Shown: positions 29,013 to 41,355 of the stretch, piece after piece
How positions within the stretch are numbered: position 1 is the first letter of the stretch
How the letters are laid out: every line of letters starts with the position of its first letter
NCBI GenBank assembly: GCA_951406725.2
Contig: OX597822.1
Location: 1,302,001-1,366,000 of the forward strand
Origin: Octopus vulgaris
Taxonomy: Eukaryota
Direction: 5' to 3'
DNA: 64,000 nucleotides
Translations under genes and position numbers: made by a program
Notes under the pieces: generated by a model
Told to the model about the DNA's origin: nothing
What the model saw: the letters and a program-made list of their open reading frames with translations, nothing else
The model's database searches: none

Positions 29013-29411
29013 TGGTGCTTATCCTCGCTTCCGTGTTGTTATATCCACCGAAAATACGAAATGGACGCCTAAACACGACAGACTCCTCCATCAGCGCCTT
29101 CATTTACATTCCTACATGTGTGTGTGTGGATGGGTGTGTGTCTGTATGTCTCTATGTGCACTTATGTGTATATATATAAATATGTGTATTATGTCTGCAC
29201 GCACACAAACAGACATGTACACAGACACACAAGTAGACATATAGATATACATATACACACATACACGTATTGTGTCACTCACTCTCTGTTTCTCTCTCCT
29301 TCACTCTTACCTTTTCTTCCTCTCTCCCTCTCTCTGTGTGATTCTCTTCTTTTTTAGAAGTGCTTTGTCATCGTTTTTCGCTTCATTGATTCTCTCCCTT
29401 TGCTCCCATTG

Positions 29412-29447
<36 letters not shown>

Positions 29448-29549
29448 ACACACACACACACACACACACGTTATCTATTTCTTTTCGCTATCACCTCTCC
29501 CCCACTCCTGTCTGGCACTTGATCTTTCTACATAAACGGATTACCTATT

Positions 29550-29727
29550 CCCACCTCCTCCTTGTCCTCCACTTCCTCCTCCTCCACTTCCTTCTGCACC
29601 TCCTTTGCCTCTCCCTCCCCTCCTCCTATTCCTCCCTCCCTTCACCCTTCTCCCCCCTCCTCCTACTTATCCCCTCCTCGTCCTCGACCTCCTCCTCGTC
29701 CTCCTCCTCGTCCGCCTCCTCGACCTC

Positions 29728-29763
<36 letters not shown>

Positions 29764-29789
29764 CTCCTACTACTACCACCACCACCACC

Positions 29790-29857
<68 letters not shown>

Positions 29858-29875
29858 ACACACACACACACACTC
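29550..29875. repeat. pyrimidine-rich low complexity plus (CCT/CGT)n, (CAC)n, (TAC)n and (CA)n tracts
   Basis: Directly visible; explains the poly-S/H/Y/T/P ORFs. Confidence 0.9.
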
Positions 29876-30339
29876 TCCCTCTCTTTTCTCTCACTTTCTT
29901 ACTGCTTACCTTTTATATTCGTTCTTGCCCTTTGCCTTCTCCTCGTTCTATCCCTCGTTTTCTCTCTATTTTTCTCTCTCCCTCTCTCTTTCTCCCACTC
30001 TCTCCCACTCTCTCACTTCCCTTCTTCTACACTCACGCATCGCTCACTCTCTCACATTTCCTCATACTCATCCCACACATCTCATTCCCTCTTCTTCTTT
30101 TCATTCATATTTACACTTACCTATCTTTCGCGCAAATACAAGCAGCCAGCTGACCGACTCGTTGATTTGCCGGATGAATTGCTAAACGGCATTTCGCCCG
30201 TTTTTACATTCTAGGTTCAAATTCTGCTGATGTCGATTTTTGCCTTTTATCCTTTCGGGTCAATAAAATAAATACCAGCTCATTTTTTTTTATTTTACAT
30301 AGGAACGTAAACACGCACTCGTACACAAATGGTTACATA

Positions 30340-30459
30340 CAGTCGTGGCCAAAAAGTTTGGGACATTTTTTTAAACTTAAAATTGTTATGCCCTAGTATA
30401 ATTCGATTCAAATATATACAACGTATGTATTCTAATTTTCAGAGTTTGGACCACGACTG
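30340..30459. mobile_element. 120-bp Tc1-type MITE with TA target-site duplication
   Basis: TA|CAGTCGTGGCCAAA ... TTTGGACCACGACTG|TA: 14-bp TIR with 1 mismatch and the CAGT start typical of Tc1. Confidence 0.85.
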
Positions 30460-31038
30460 TACCTAAGACTGCAGAATTGCTAATATTGAAATATTCTAAT
30501 CCACATCAAAAATGACACACAAGTAACGAATAATAGTTTACTCACCTATTCATTATTTCACACAGACTGTTCCTCTCCTCCCTGTCCACTCTACCACTGC
30601 TACATAACCCCTTAATCTCGTAGTCATTCTTATCTGATATACTATTTGAAGGTCCTTGATTTTTTTCGTAATGTCGCTTGTGTCCCATTCAATAATCAAA
30701 ACCTCTTCGGCTAGAGCCCAGCACACCATTACGTTGGCAGATATGATAGAATTATTTCATTTTCTCGTATATCTTTTCCTTTTTCTTTTTTGTCTTTTTT
30801 GTCTCGAATCTTCTCAGACTCATGACTTCGGGGCTAAGCTGGATTATCAAGAGGTTTCAACAGAGACCACAAAACTCCCTACTGACTGGACTGTTAGTTT
30901 GTTGCAGTGTTAACCAAAAGGTGCAACTGGTACACCTTTTCAGCTGAGCAACGTGAAATGAAGTCCTTTGCTCAAGGGCCCAGCGCTCCACCTAGACCAA
31001 CTTTCGAAGCCACGGACTAATCCATACATGAATAATAC

Positions 31039-31415
31039 GGATCTTTTCGGTTTGAACGGCAGTTTTTAACCTAATTTCTAGGTAACTAAATACTTTTAAA
31101 CTTCGTATACCAGTAGACTGTGTTTATAAAACATCTTTTTCTCTTGGCTTTATTGAGAAAATTTTATAGTTTTTAAGATATTTGTTGCTCTTTTCTTCAA
31201 TTTCTGCAATTTCAACCAATCAAATACGTCTATTGAGGTGAAAACATTCTGTGTCATATGAATATGTCTCTCGTTTAAGAAACAGATTGGGTTTATTTAA
31301 ATTTCTGAAAAAAAAAAGATGCCCTTCCCCCACCCCTAACCCTAACCCTAACCCTAACCCTAACTAACCCTAACTAACCTTAACTAACCCTAACCCTTTC
31401 AAACCGAAAAGATCC
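31039..31415. mobile_element. 377-bp MITE with 18-bp perfect TIRs, 8-bp TSD and an internal telomeric (CCCTAA)n array; Merlin-like
   Basis: AATAATAC|GGATCTTTTCGGTTTGAA ... TTCAAACCGAAAAGATCC|AATAATAC; CCCTAA and CCCTAACTAA repeats at ~31333-31397. Confidence 0.85.
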
Positions 31416-32735
31416 AATAATACACATAAAGCTACTTAACATTTCACAAGGTATTCCGTCCGTCGTACTCACATTTCCACCAGTTTGCCGCCTTGGTTTG
31501 GATTGGGACCTTTATATCAACCCCAAAATGGATAAAGGGCAAAGTTGATCATGGCAAAAGAGTTCTTTTCTTGTTGTTTGGCTCTCGAGTCAGCCCTAAC
31601 TGAAAACACATTTGATTAAATGGCATTCTATCCGAGACAGTTTCATTTTTTTCTCAGACAATATATCTAAGACTACACTATATATTTGCTTTGCCAAATA
31701 TTTTTGATTTCCATTTCAATTAAAAAGACGTTTGAATATCATCTGAAGGAAAGATTGTTTTACATTTTAGTAAGGCAGGAACAGAGTATAAGCTCTCTCT
31801 TCTTGGTTCCTTGCTATTGGTCGTTTTTTTTTTATTGCGTACATCAAACTAATAATTCCAGTTATCGTCTCAGACGCCAAAAAGAAGTTAGAACAAAAAC
31901 TATTCCAGCATTACACAAATTTTCGGAATTTTGATCTTAAAAATAAGGTTTCACAGAAAAGCTGTTAAAAATAAATACTTATTCACATTAAATAATTTTC
32001 GAACAATTATTTCCGTGCTAGGCATCGTTATATTAAAGATACATTTTTTACGACATAAAGGCATAGATCTATAATTGTATATTCATATGTGTGTGTGTGT
32101 GTATACATGCGCGTTTATGTGTATTCATATGTGTGTGTGTGAGTGTGTATAGATGCGCGTTTATGTGTGTGTTGTTTCACACCACTAACAGTTGACCATT
32201 TAAATCAAAGTTTCTCTAAAATCCCTCAGACAGCACCGATAATTTTTATATACCCTAACAAACTACTTGATTCTAAATCAAACACTTTTGTATCTCTGAC
32301 AGGAGACCTCTTCTATGATGATAGTCGTAATAGCGTCGCACACAGTGGAAAAGATCTTCCAGCTCTTACGTGTAAAATTTCATCGGTATGTAACATGTTA
32401 GGTGTCACAATAAATCACGATAAAACTGTTGAAAAATATTTTCTTCATTCAAATTTTCTGGCAGCATGTTAAATAGGGATGTAAATCATGTTAACTAAAT
32501 TGCTAAAAGTCATGCAAAACCTAGGAAAAAAAGTCAATCTTCATGTTCTCAACGAGTTATTAAAAATGATATTAAAATATCAATCTTTTAAATGTACATC
32601 ATAAGTGGCTGTTTGATAAAAAGTATGCTTACCAACCACATGGTTCCGGGTTCAAGATTCAATCGTATGGTACTTGGCCGGCAGACCAAAGCTTTGTGAG
32701 TAGATTTGGTAGACGGAAACTGAAAGAAACCCGTC

Positions 32736-32794
<59 letters not shown>

Positions 32795-32821
32795 TATATG
32801 TAATAATAATAATAATAATGA

Positions 32822-33081
32822 TAAGGGTAAAATTAATTAATCTGTAATTAATAATTTTACCAAGCAGTGTTCAGTATGTAAAAGGACCATTTACGGTATA
32901 TTTAAACATTACTTTATATAATTAGGGTTCAGCAAAAAATTTACTTTACAGCACACCGAACTTTTAGAAATAGCTGCCAAAGAATTAGGAGAAATAGCTA
33001 AATTCTTTGGCTGCTATTTCTATTTCTAAAAGTTCGGTGTGTGTTAAAGTAAATTTTTTTTGCTGAATCCTAATTATATAA
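32822..33081. repeat. repeat fragment with foldback (32914-32986 vs 33001-33081), PLE-terminus-like
   Basis: TTATATAATTAGGGTTCAGCAAAAAATTTACTTTA..CACACCGAACTTTTAGAAATAGC.GCCAAAGAATT is mirrored in reverse complement. Bounded by (TAA)n and (TA)n. Confidence 0.65.
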
Positions 33082-33088
33082 GATATAT

Positions 33089-33137
<49 letters not shown>

Positions 33138-33141
<4 letters not shown>

Positions 33142-34765
33142 TGATTGATTGATTGATTGATTCTAGTTTCAGCTTATGAGCTGTGGCCATGCTGGGGCAC
33201 CGCCATTTGGTGTTGCTACTTGGTTTCACTTCATGAAGGCTTTCTAGCAACTGCCATTTGGTGCATGAGAGAGTTCGATGCAGCTGCCCTCATCTGCCCC
33301 TCCTGTCGTGAAGTTGGTTCATCTGGGACACCTGACAGGAAGAGATCCAGCTTCATTTTAAAGACATCTGTATCCACCCCATGCAGGTCTCTTAGGTTCT
33401 TCGAGAGGATATTGAAGAGCTGTGGGCCTCGGAAGCCCAGCCTATCACAGAATCTTGTCCTACATCTTGATGGCAAGTCTGGAGTCCTAGGCACCACGCA
33501 GTGGCGCCCAGTTCTGGCATTTGCGTAACTCTCGATGCCAAAGTTCAGGACACTTCCCTCCAGGATCTTCCAGATGTATATTATGGCATATCTTTCCCGC
33601 CTACGCTCCAGGGAATATAATTTTAATCTCTTGAGTCTATCCCAGTAGCTTACATTCTGCATAGAGGCTATCTTCTTCGTGTAGCTGCGTTGGATCGCCT
33701 CGAGCTCTGTGATCAACTTGACACTGGATGGTGACCATAACTGAAAGCAGTAGTCAAAGTGGCTTAGGACAAGTGTCCTCCAGAGGACCATCATGGTTTC
33801 TTGTTCTCTTGTTCTAAAGGTTCTGAGGATCCATCCGGCCAGTCGTCTACATTTCATTGCCAATTTAGCAACATGTACACGAAAGGTCGCGTCATCACTC
33901 ATGTAAATACCTAGGTCACGCACTGATTGTGCCTCTGGGATTGCTATTCCACCGGGTCCAGTGTATTCATTGGGTATTGCATTTAGTTTTGCATGCTGAT
34001 AGTATAGAGCTTGAAACTTTTCAGCATTGAACTGCATGCTATTCTTTTCGGCCCACTTGTATATTTTGTCTAGCTCACATTGCAGGTGTTTAGTGTCCTC
34101 AGGGTTCTGTATTGCCTGTGAAACTTTTGTATCATCTGCATAACTTGTGATCGTGGCTCTCTGCGTGGATGAGGGCATGTCTGAGAGGGCCATTATGAAC
34201 AGTAGTGGTCCCAGAACAGTGCCCTGCGGAACACCGCTCACTATTTGCGTGTTAATGGAAGTGGCCCCATTGGCCACTACCATCTGACATCTATCTTTCA
34301 GAAAGTCATGAAGCCATTCTCCCAGTTTTCCAACTATGTTGAGATCACGCAGTTTGTGGCATATCATTCCATGATCGACTTTATCAAAGGCCTTTGCAAA
34401 GTCGAGATATATCACTTCCACATTTGAGTGGTTGAGCAGCCGTTTCAGCACCCAGTCATGGTGTTGTAGGAGTTGAGTTAAACAGCTTCTCCCTGTTCGG
34501 AAACCATGTTGGGTGTCGGGCAGCAAGTCATTTTCTTCAAGGAAGGTGATCAGCTTCCTTCTGACTATTCGTTGCATGACCTTGCTGATGTGTGAGATCA
34601 GAGAGATAGGTCTATAGTTCTTGGCTTCCGCTCTGCTACCTCCTTTATGAATGGGGCATATTTTACCTTCCTTCAGTTTTCTTGGAAGTTTGCCAGCTGC
34701 AAGGAAGGTCTGAAAGAGGAACTGCAGTGGTCTTGCATGCTTACATGCTTTTAGGAGGATTGCCA
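33138..34765 (-). mobile_element. 5'-truncated CR1-group non-LTR retrotransposon with 3' UTR and (TCAA)n tail, inserted in (TA)n
   Basis: Contains the RT ORF listed next. 3' end is GGCGGTGCCCCAGCATGGCCACAGCTCATAAGCTGAAACTAG-(AATC)n. (TA)n on both sides. Confidence 0.9.
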
Positions 34766-34766
34766 T
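33231..34766 (-). CDS. reverse transcriptase domain and C-terminus of LINE ORF2 (511 aa open; the start Met probably arises from the truncation junction; endonuclease domain absent)
   Basis: Motifs PIHKGG..NYRPISL, QHGFR.GRSC.TQL, YLDFAKAFDKV, GVPQGTVLGPLLF, YADDTK, W....MQFN.EK, VRDLG, Y.DRLKRLKLYSLERRR. Confidence 0.9.
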   Translation of the reverse strand: MAILLKACKHARPLQFLFQTFLAAGKLPRKLKEGKICPIHKGGSRAEAKNYRPISLISHISKVMQRIVRRKLITFLEENDLLPDTQHGFRTGRSCLTQLLQHHDWVLKRLLNHSNVEVIYLDFAKAFDKVDHGMICHKLRDLNIVGKLGEWLHDFLKDRCQMVVANGATSINTQIVSGVPQGTVLGPLLFIMALSDMPSSTQRATITSYADDTKVSQAIQNPEDTKHLQCELDKIYKWAEKNSMQFNAEKFQALYYQHAKLNAIPNEYTGPGGIAIPEAQSVRDLGIYMSDDATFRVHVAKLAMKCRRLAGWILRTFRTREQETMMVLWRTLVLSHFDYCFQLWSPSSVKLITELEAIQRSYTKKIASMQNVSYWDRLKRLKLYSLERRRERYAIIYIWKILEGSVLNFGIESYANARTGRHCVVPRTPDLPSRCRTRFCDRLGFRGPQLFNILSKNLRDLHGVDTDVFKMKLDLFLSGVPDEPTSRQEGQMRAAASNSLMHQMAVARKPS

Positions 34767-34807
34767 ATATATATATATTATATATATATGTATATATATA
34801 TATATAT

Positions 34808-35622
34808 AAAAATAGAAAAGAGTGAAAAAACTACAGAAGGCTTGTTTTATAAGGTTAAAGAATATATTTAAGTCGTTCTGTTAGAAAAATGTTATAAAAT
34901 TTTGTATATAGTAACATAGTTTTTGAACAAATAACCGGTTTCGTGTAAACTTTTCAAATTTCTCAAATGTCTTTACCCTATTGTGTCATGTCTTCGTTAT
35001 GAAGTGCAAAGAAGAGTTCCAGGCAGGGGGAGGTGATAAGGGATTTCTTCCGGTATAAGGGAGATAATCTCTTGATATTTCTTTTCCCCTTTTTTAATGA
35101 GATGAGTTTCCCTGTATAAGAATTTTAGGATGGTTAAGTTCAGACATATTTTTCAATGAAGAATGTTTCCTTGTTTAATCTAATTTGTGTTGGTGTTCCA
35201 ATAGTACATTGATAGAATGGAAAGATTAAAAATGGTGATAGTAGTTCCTTTGCGCATTTCTCAATATGCTCACTAAAGGGTATCATTTTGTATTCTGGGA
35301 ATGCAATCTGTTGTCGATGCAGAGTGCATCTGCGTCTGTGTGATAATCCCGTGGACTCTACGTAGTTTTGGTGGCAGCCCGCAGAAGCACAAGTAAAATT
35401 AGATCTGATCTTGAATTTTTGTCCCTCTTTGAAAAGGAATTCTGATCCTTCTAGAAGTTTTGGGCATGTTGCGCGGTTTGGTCTACCACATTTTTTTACT
35501 TTTGTATCCGTAATTTCAGAAAACAATTTTGCCTTTGTGAGAATCTTTTTTAGTGATTTAGGTTGTTTGTAGCTTTTAATGATTTTATGTATGTTTAGAA
35601 TTTCCTTTAATTTGGGGTCCTT
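34808..35622 (-). mobile_element. Penelope-like element 3' fragment: GIY-YIG endonuclease remnant plus terminal repeat
   Basis: ORF 35140..35526: KCGRPNRATCP..FKIRSNFTCAS.GCHQNYVESTGLS.RRR.TLHRQQI..SEHI..C..R..KE.FFI (PLE GIY-YIG with internal deletion). Decayed hammerhead downstream. Confidence 0.8.
34929..34961 (-). ncRNA. decayed minimal hammerhead ribozyme in PLE terminal repeat
   Basis: Minus strand: AAAT-TTGAAAA(cf. CTGAAGA)-GTTTACAC-GAAA-CCGG-TT-ATTT. Palindromic stem III, two core substitutions. Confidence 0.5.
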
Positions 35623-35624
35623 AT

Positions 35625-35902
35625 AGAGAGAAAGTGAAAGGAAGGGAGGAAAGAGAGAGAGAGATGGAGAATGACAGGCAGATAAAAGAATGAGACGAGA
35701 CTTGTCAAAGCGTGCGTTTTTGCCCTAGTAACCACACCTTTTAAAGTAGGGATTTCTAACCTAGCCCACTGACATTCTCACCTCATTTTACATGTTCCTG
35801 TAAATTTTGGAGTCAATGCGACGGTATCTAGTGGCCTTTAACCTGTTCCAATGCCAAAACCAGACAAACAAACTTTTCGCATTTCAGATTTATAGATATT
35901 GA
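35625..35902 (-). mobile_element. 5' portion of a non-autonomous Helitron (second unit of a tandem)
   Basis: Starts TC on the minus strand (TCAATATCTATAAATCTGAAATGCGAAAAGTTTGTTTGTCTGG); about 230 bp homologous to 37424-37655. Confidence 0.7.
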
Positions 35903-36780
35903 CTAGCTTAAGGTGACCCGCTCTGCGCGCGGGTAAGAGTGTGGTTGTTACTTTCTGCTGCTTCCTTTCTGCTTTTTATCACCACGTTCTCCCTCTTTGT
36001 TTCTCTCTCCTTTCTCTCTCACTTTCCCACTCTCTTACTCTTCCTTTCTCTCGTACTCTCCCTCGCTTTCTCTTACTCTCTATCTTTCTCTATCTATCCC
36101 ATTTATAAACAACAAAAGATCTTGAGTAAGTTGAGAAAGAAAATATTTTAAAAGATCAATCATAAATATCAGGCAGTGACAACGGAAAGGTCTGCTTCAA
36201 GGCAGACAGCAAAACACTAACATTTAAAAAGGACAGACGAACTTGTGAGTTGAATAAAAATATAAAAATATTGGAAACCAAAGTTTGAAGGGATAGAATC
36301 TGAGGATAGTAGAGTCACCATGGCTGGCATTTCTTAACGACGGACAGCAACGTAGTGGCAGTTTAACGTAGTGGCAGTTGAACTTGATGTAAAAGAAAAT
36401 TCCTAAACACCAAGCTTTGAAGTGATTCTTTCTCACGGCAGTAGACTCACCATGGCAAGGATTCAAAACTTCTTCATCATGGACGGCAACACATTGACGA
36501 TTTAAAGGCTGGCGCAAATTTTTTAGCTTCATGTAACAGAGAATTCCTAAACACCCGCTCCTGTAAATTTTAATCCCCTTCAAGCCCCATTTAGACCTCT
36601 TTTCACATTTTGGTTAACATAACCCGATTTCATTCGGGTCTACTCGGGCCACATTTTATAAGATGAGGAATATTTTCCTAGAGGTCACGCTTTTCATTTG
36701 AGGAAAAAAATAGTTGCCATGCAAACTCGCCAGCATTTTTAACATAAGTGTGCATATTTCCAGCACAAACGACCACATAA

Positions 36781-36839
<59 letters not shown>

Positions 36840-36882
36840 ATATATGTGTGTGTGTGTACGCATTATATATACAAATGTGTAC

Positions 36883-36919
<37 letters not shown>

Positions 36920-37648
36920 TAAATTAGAGATAAAAGCATTATTAGGCAAATCAAACAGTGAAAAACATAAATCAAAACATTAAAAAAAAAATATAATATA
37001 CAGAATATATAAAATATAAAATTTAAAAAGTAAAATTATTTAAATTTAAAATTAAAATTATTAATTTATATTTATAATTTAAAAAAATATATATATAACT
37101 ATCAAAAAGTATTAAAAAGTTTAATATACACAAATACAGATATATATACTTTGTATATATACATTATATATACATATTTATATATAGAACACACACACAC
37201 ACACATATATAAATTAACCCAATAAATATCTGATTCGTAATATTTGTTCTCATGATTGTGTGGTGGTCGTGGCGATGATAATTCTCTCTATGAATGCAGA
37301 CAGACGTAGAGAGAGAGAGTGTGTGTGTGAAAGCGCTGTCGAAGGCGGGGAGGGGGAAGATATAGGACGTTGTGAAACGACGTTATAGATAGAATGTGAA
37401 AGGAAGGGAGGAAAGAGAGTGTGAGATGGAGAAAGACAGACACATAAAAGAATGAGAGTAGACTTGTCAAAGTGTGCGTTTTGGCCCTAGCAACACCTTT
37501 TAAGATGGGGATTTCTAACCTAGCCCAGTCGCATCGTCACCTCATTTTACATCTCCCTGTAAATTTTGGAGTCAATCCGACGGGATCTAGTGGCCTTTAA
37601 CCCGTTTTCAATGCCAAAACCAGACAAACAAACTTTTTGCATTTTAGA

Positions 37649-37657
<9 letters not shown>
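35903..37657 (-). mobile_element. non-autonomous Helitron (~1.75 kb including microsatellite insertions)
   Basis: Minus-strand 3' end ACCCGC-GCGCAGA-GCGGGT-CACCTTAAG-CTAG (hairpin shortly before CTAG). 5' region at 37424-37655 is homologous to 35660-35895. Continuity of the interior is inferred. Confidence 0.65.
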
Positions 37658-37694
<37 letters not shown>

Positions 37695-37701
<7 letters not shown>

Positions 37702-37888
37702 GAAGAACAAACACAACAAATGAAAACAACAAACAGAGGACATGGTACATGCAAAATGTAAACAGATGCTCAGGGTAAGAAAGAAAGGTAGTTTTACGTT
37801 TCGAGCAAAGTTCTTCGTCAGAAATAGGAGACGGAGGAAAAGAAAACGAAGGTAGACAATCGCCAACGACCCACATGTAGTTACATTT

Positions 37889-37890
<2 letters not shown>
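37695..37890 (-). mobile_element. non-autonomous PLE terminal-repeat element (family H2) in (TA)n
   Basis: About 195-bp unit bounded by (TA)n on both sides; contains a hammerhead motif. Confidence 0.65.
37792..37824 (-). ncRNA. minimal type-I hammerhead ribozyme (canonical core)
   Basis: Minus strand: TTT-CTGACGA-A-GAAC(TTT)GCTC-GAAA-CG-TA-AAA. Palindromic ACGT stem III; one mismatch in stem II. Confidence 0.65.
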
Positions 37891-37933
<43 letters not shown>

Positions 37934-38093
37934 TATATCAAGCATTGTCTTTACGGTGCATATGTGCAAAAATCATCCACAATCACAAATAATGTCACTG
38001 TCATAGCAGCATTGGTGATGTATGTATGTGAATATGTTTTTATGTATGTATATGTGTGCGTGTGTATGCATAGAAATATCTATATACATGCGC

Positions 38094-38132
<39 letters not shown>

Positions 38133-39886
38133 AAGTTTTAAATTAAAAACTATGCTAATAAAACCTTTAAGAAATAAATTTGTGTAAGAACCTGTCTTCA
38201 AGCGAGCGTCTGCGTATACATTTGTTCTTGTATTTGCATATCTATCCACCAATCTCTCTCTTTCTGTCTGTCTGTATGTCTGTCTCTCTCTCTCTTTACT
38301 CACGCATACGCACACACACACACACAGACACACACACAAATGATATTTCATTTGATATGGAGACAATACAGAGGATTACAATATTCAACCTGAGACCTTC
38401 AAACGCATTCACACACCTACAAACATACCTTATACTCGTACACACCTATTTTAAGAGACACCTGCAGGTAGCATGCAAACACTATCACGTGATGCTTTTA
38501 TTATTAATAAATCTCACTGCATAGTTTGTCGTATTTGTTGTTTAGCCCCGAGACAGTCCTGATCAAGCACAATGATAAAAAAAATCAATCTGCACTTGAA
38601 CATCCTGTTTTTTATCAATGAAGCATAGTATCTAACAATACATTATCAGATGTATGGCTTTGAAGAATATTTGACTGTTGTTTCTAGCATGTTGAATAAA
38701 CGTATTAAGTGTTTCTTATTGTATGTTAGTGTGTATCTTATTGAATCTTCGCTTGTAATTTGACTCTTTGCCTGTCTAAGACATTTTCATACGTCAGCCC
38801 TAAACGACAACGCTTGTTCTCAGACTTTCAGTTAGTCCTTGTTTCATACGTTCTGAATAATATAAAGCTTCCATTTTATAATGAAAGCTTTGCTTTGTTA
38901 GATGAGAGTAATTGGGAATACGTGTATCATATATGATGCATGAGCGCCAGGGAAACATGTCCCTGTGTATTACGTTATATACCGGACAGTAAAACTGTTA
39001 AGAGTAAAGTCCGCAATTTGAAGGAATGGGTTTCAGCCTAGTTTTAGTCGATACCTTTGTCACCAGTGCATGACTGGTATCTTCGGTAAGACAGATATGT
39101 AATATGTTAAGGCGATGTAAAGGTGATGCATGGATAAGACGTATCTAATTTAAGAATGGAATTAACAATAACAATATGTATGTGTGTGTGTATTGATGTA
39201 AGTATGTTATCAAGCGTACATACACACGTATATATGCATACATATATATATGTATGCAGGTATAGATGTTTATATACGCATATGTACGTACACGGAGAGA
39301 GAGAGAGAGAAAGAGGGAGAGAGAGAGAAAGAGGGAGAGAAGGAGATAGAGAGAGAGAGAGAATGAAGGAGTATAGAGATTATCTCTTTGATAAAGCAGC
39401 AAATTTGAAGTTACGATGTTGCTGAATGCCTACTTAGATATCTTGCAGTTTTCGACAGGTGCTCATGCTCAACTTCATCTGTTGTCCAGCAGCCGAGAAT
39501 TCTAAATCAACGATGCCCACCTTTCTCTTATGATGCGGTATCTATTAACGTAATGGCGACATAGTTTGAGGAAGACATCTTGCAAGACTGACCTCAGCCA
39601 TGTGAAGATGCACATGTGATAAATAAGTAAATAATTTAAGAACAGTTATAAAATATCTCCGAGGGAACGGAAGCCGCTGTGATGCTTCATTAGGAATTCA
39701 AATGCTTCTTCATCATCTTCTGTGTGTGTGTTTGTGTGTGTGTGTGTGTGAGTGTGTGAGTGTGTGTGTGTATGTGTGTCTGTATAGATGTATAAACGTA
39801 GATACATATGCACATGGATAAATATGTTTGTATACATATATGTCTGTAAATATAGAAACACACACATGGGTGTATATATGTCTTTA

Positions 39887-39931
<45 letters not shown>

Positions 39932-40332
39932 ATGTATGTAAGTATGTATGTACATACATATATATACGTGTGTTTGTGTGTGTGTGTGTGTGTGTGTAAG
40001 AAAAGGAAAGAATTAGCGATGTAGTTAATTATCAGTTTCCGATTACATAAGCTCTTTCAACATATATTTAATATTCTTACGTGTATATCGCTTACTCGTA
40101 CATCTCTATATCTAAATGTGCATACATATATATTCAGACATTCACCGCCATCTATTTATGTATGTATGCATCTATGTATGTATATGGCTATGTACACATT
40201 CTCACACACATATAAGCGTATATAATTACCTTCCTACGCATGCATATGTATATATACAGCCCTCTACACAGATATATGTATATATATATATATCATCATC
40301 ATCGTTTAACGTCCGCTTTCCATGCTAGCATG

Positions 40333-40384
<52 letters not shown>

Positions 40385-40708
40385 TAGTTATCGCCAAACT
40401 AATATGGCAGTCCATAAATATAAGACTAAAGCTGTCGCTGATTAGCTCCAAGAGGCCATCGCCTCTAGCTAGCTATATGACACACATGTTCGTGTGTCAT
40501 ATAGCTTAATCTTGACTAACGGAGATCTAAGAAGACGAAAATCTAGTAACGTTCAAGTGTTTATTTTGACAATATTTAATGTAACAACCACTCATGCTGT
40601 AAGGATAGAATAAGTAGTTAGTATACTTAGGGTGCATTGGAACAGCGAATTCATTCATTTCTAGAGTACTACGCTCATCGGAACGAAATCTCTGTCCCTT
40701 TCTCTCTC

Positions 40709-40757
<49 letters not shown>

Positions 40758-40906
40758 TTATATACGTTATTATTATTATTTTTTTGCAATTTACTTAATC
40801 TTTGGTATATTATTGTTATCTTAATTTTCATATTTCTATTATATGTTATTTTCTAGATGGTGTAATTCAATTGTTCAGTTTGGATTGATAAAAGGTGTTT
40901 TTTTGC

Positions 40907-40946
<40 letters not shown>

Positions 40947-40953
40947 TATATAC

Positions 40954-41040
<87 letters not shown>

Positions 41041-41063
41041 ACAGTAATGATCAAGGAGGAACA

Positions 41064-41111
<48 letters not shown>

Positions 41112-41112
41112 T

Positions 41113-41306
41113 CTGTTACTTGTTTCAGTCGTTTGACTGCGGCCATGCCGTAGCACCGCCTTTAGTCGAGCAAATCGACCTCAGGATTTATTCGTTGTAA
41201 GCCTAGTACTTATTCTATCGGTGTCTTTTGCCGAACTGCTAAGTAATGGGGACGTAAACACACCATCATCGGTTGTTAAGCAATGCTGCTGGGGAGATAA
41301 ACGCAT

Positions 41307-41355
<49 letters not shown>

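Noticed and set aside
29519-30214. Proline/serine/histidine-rich protein ORFs
   Set aside because: All three frames are open because of pyrimidine-rich low complexity; no splice or domain evidence.
31333-31397. True telomere or chromosome-fusion scar
   Set aside because: Short array enclosed within the TIRs and TSD of a MITE.
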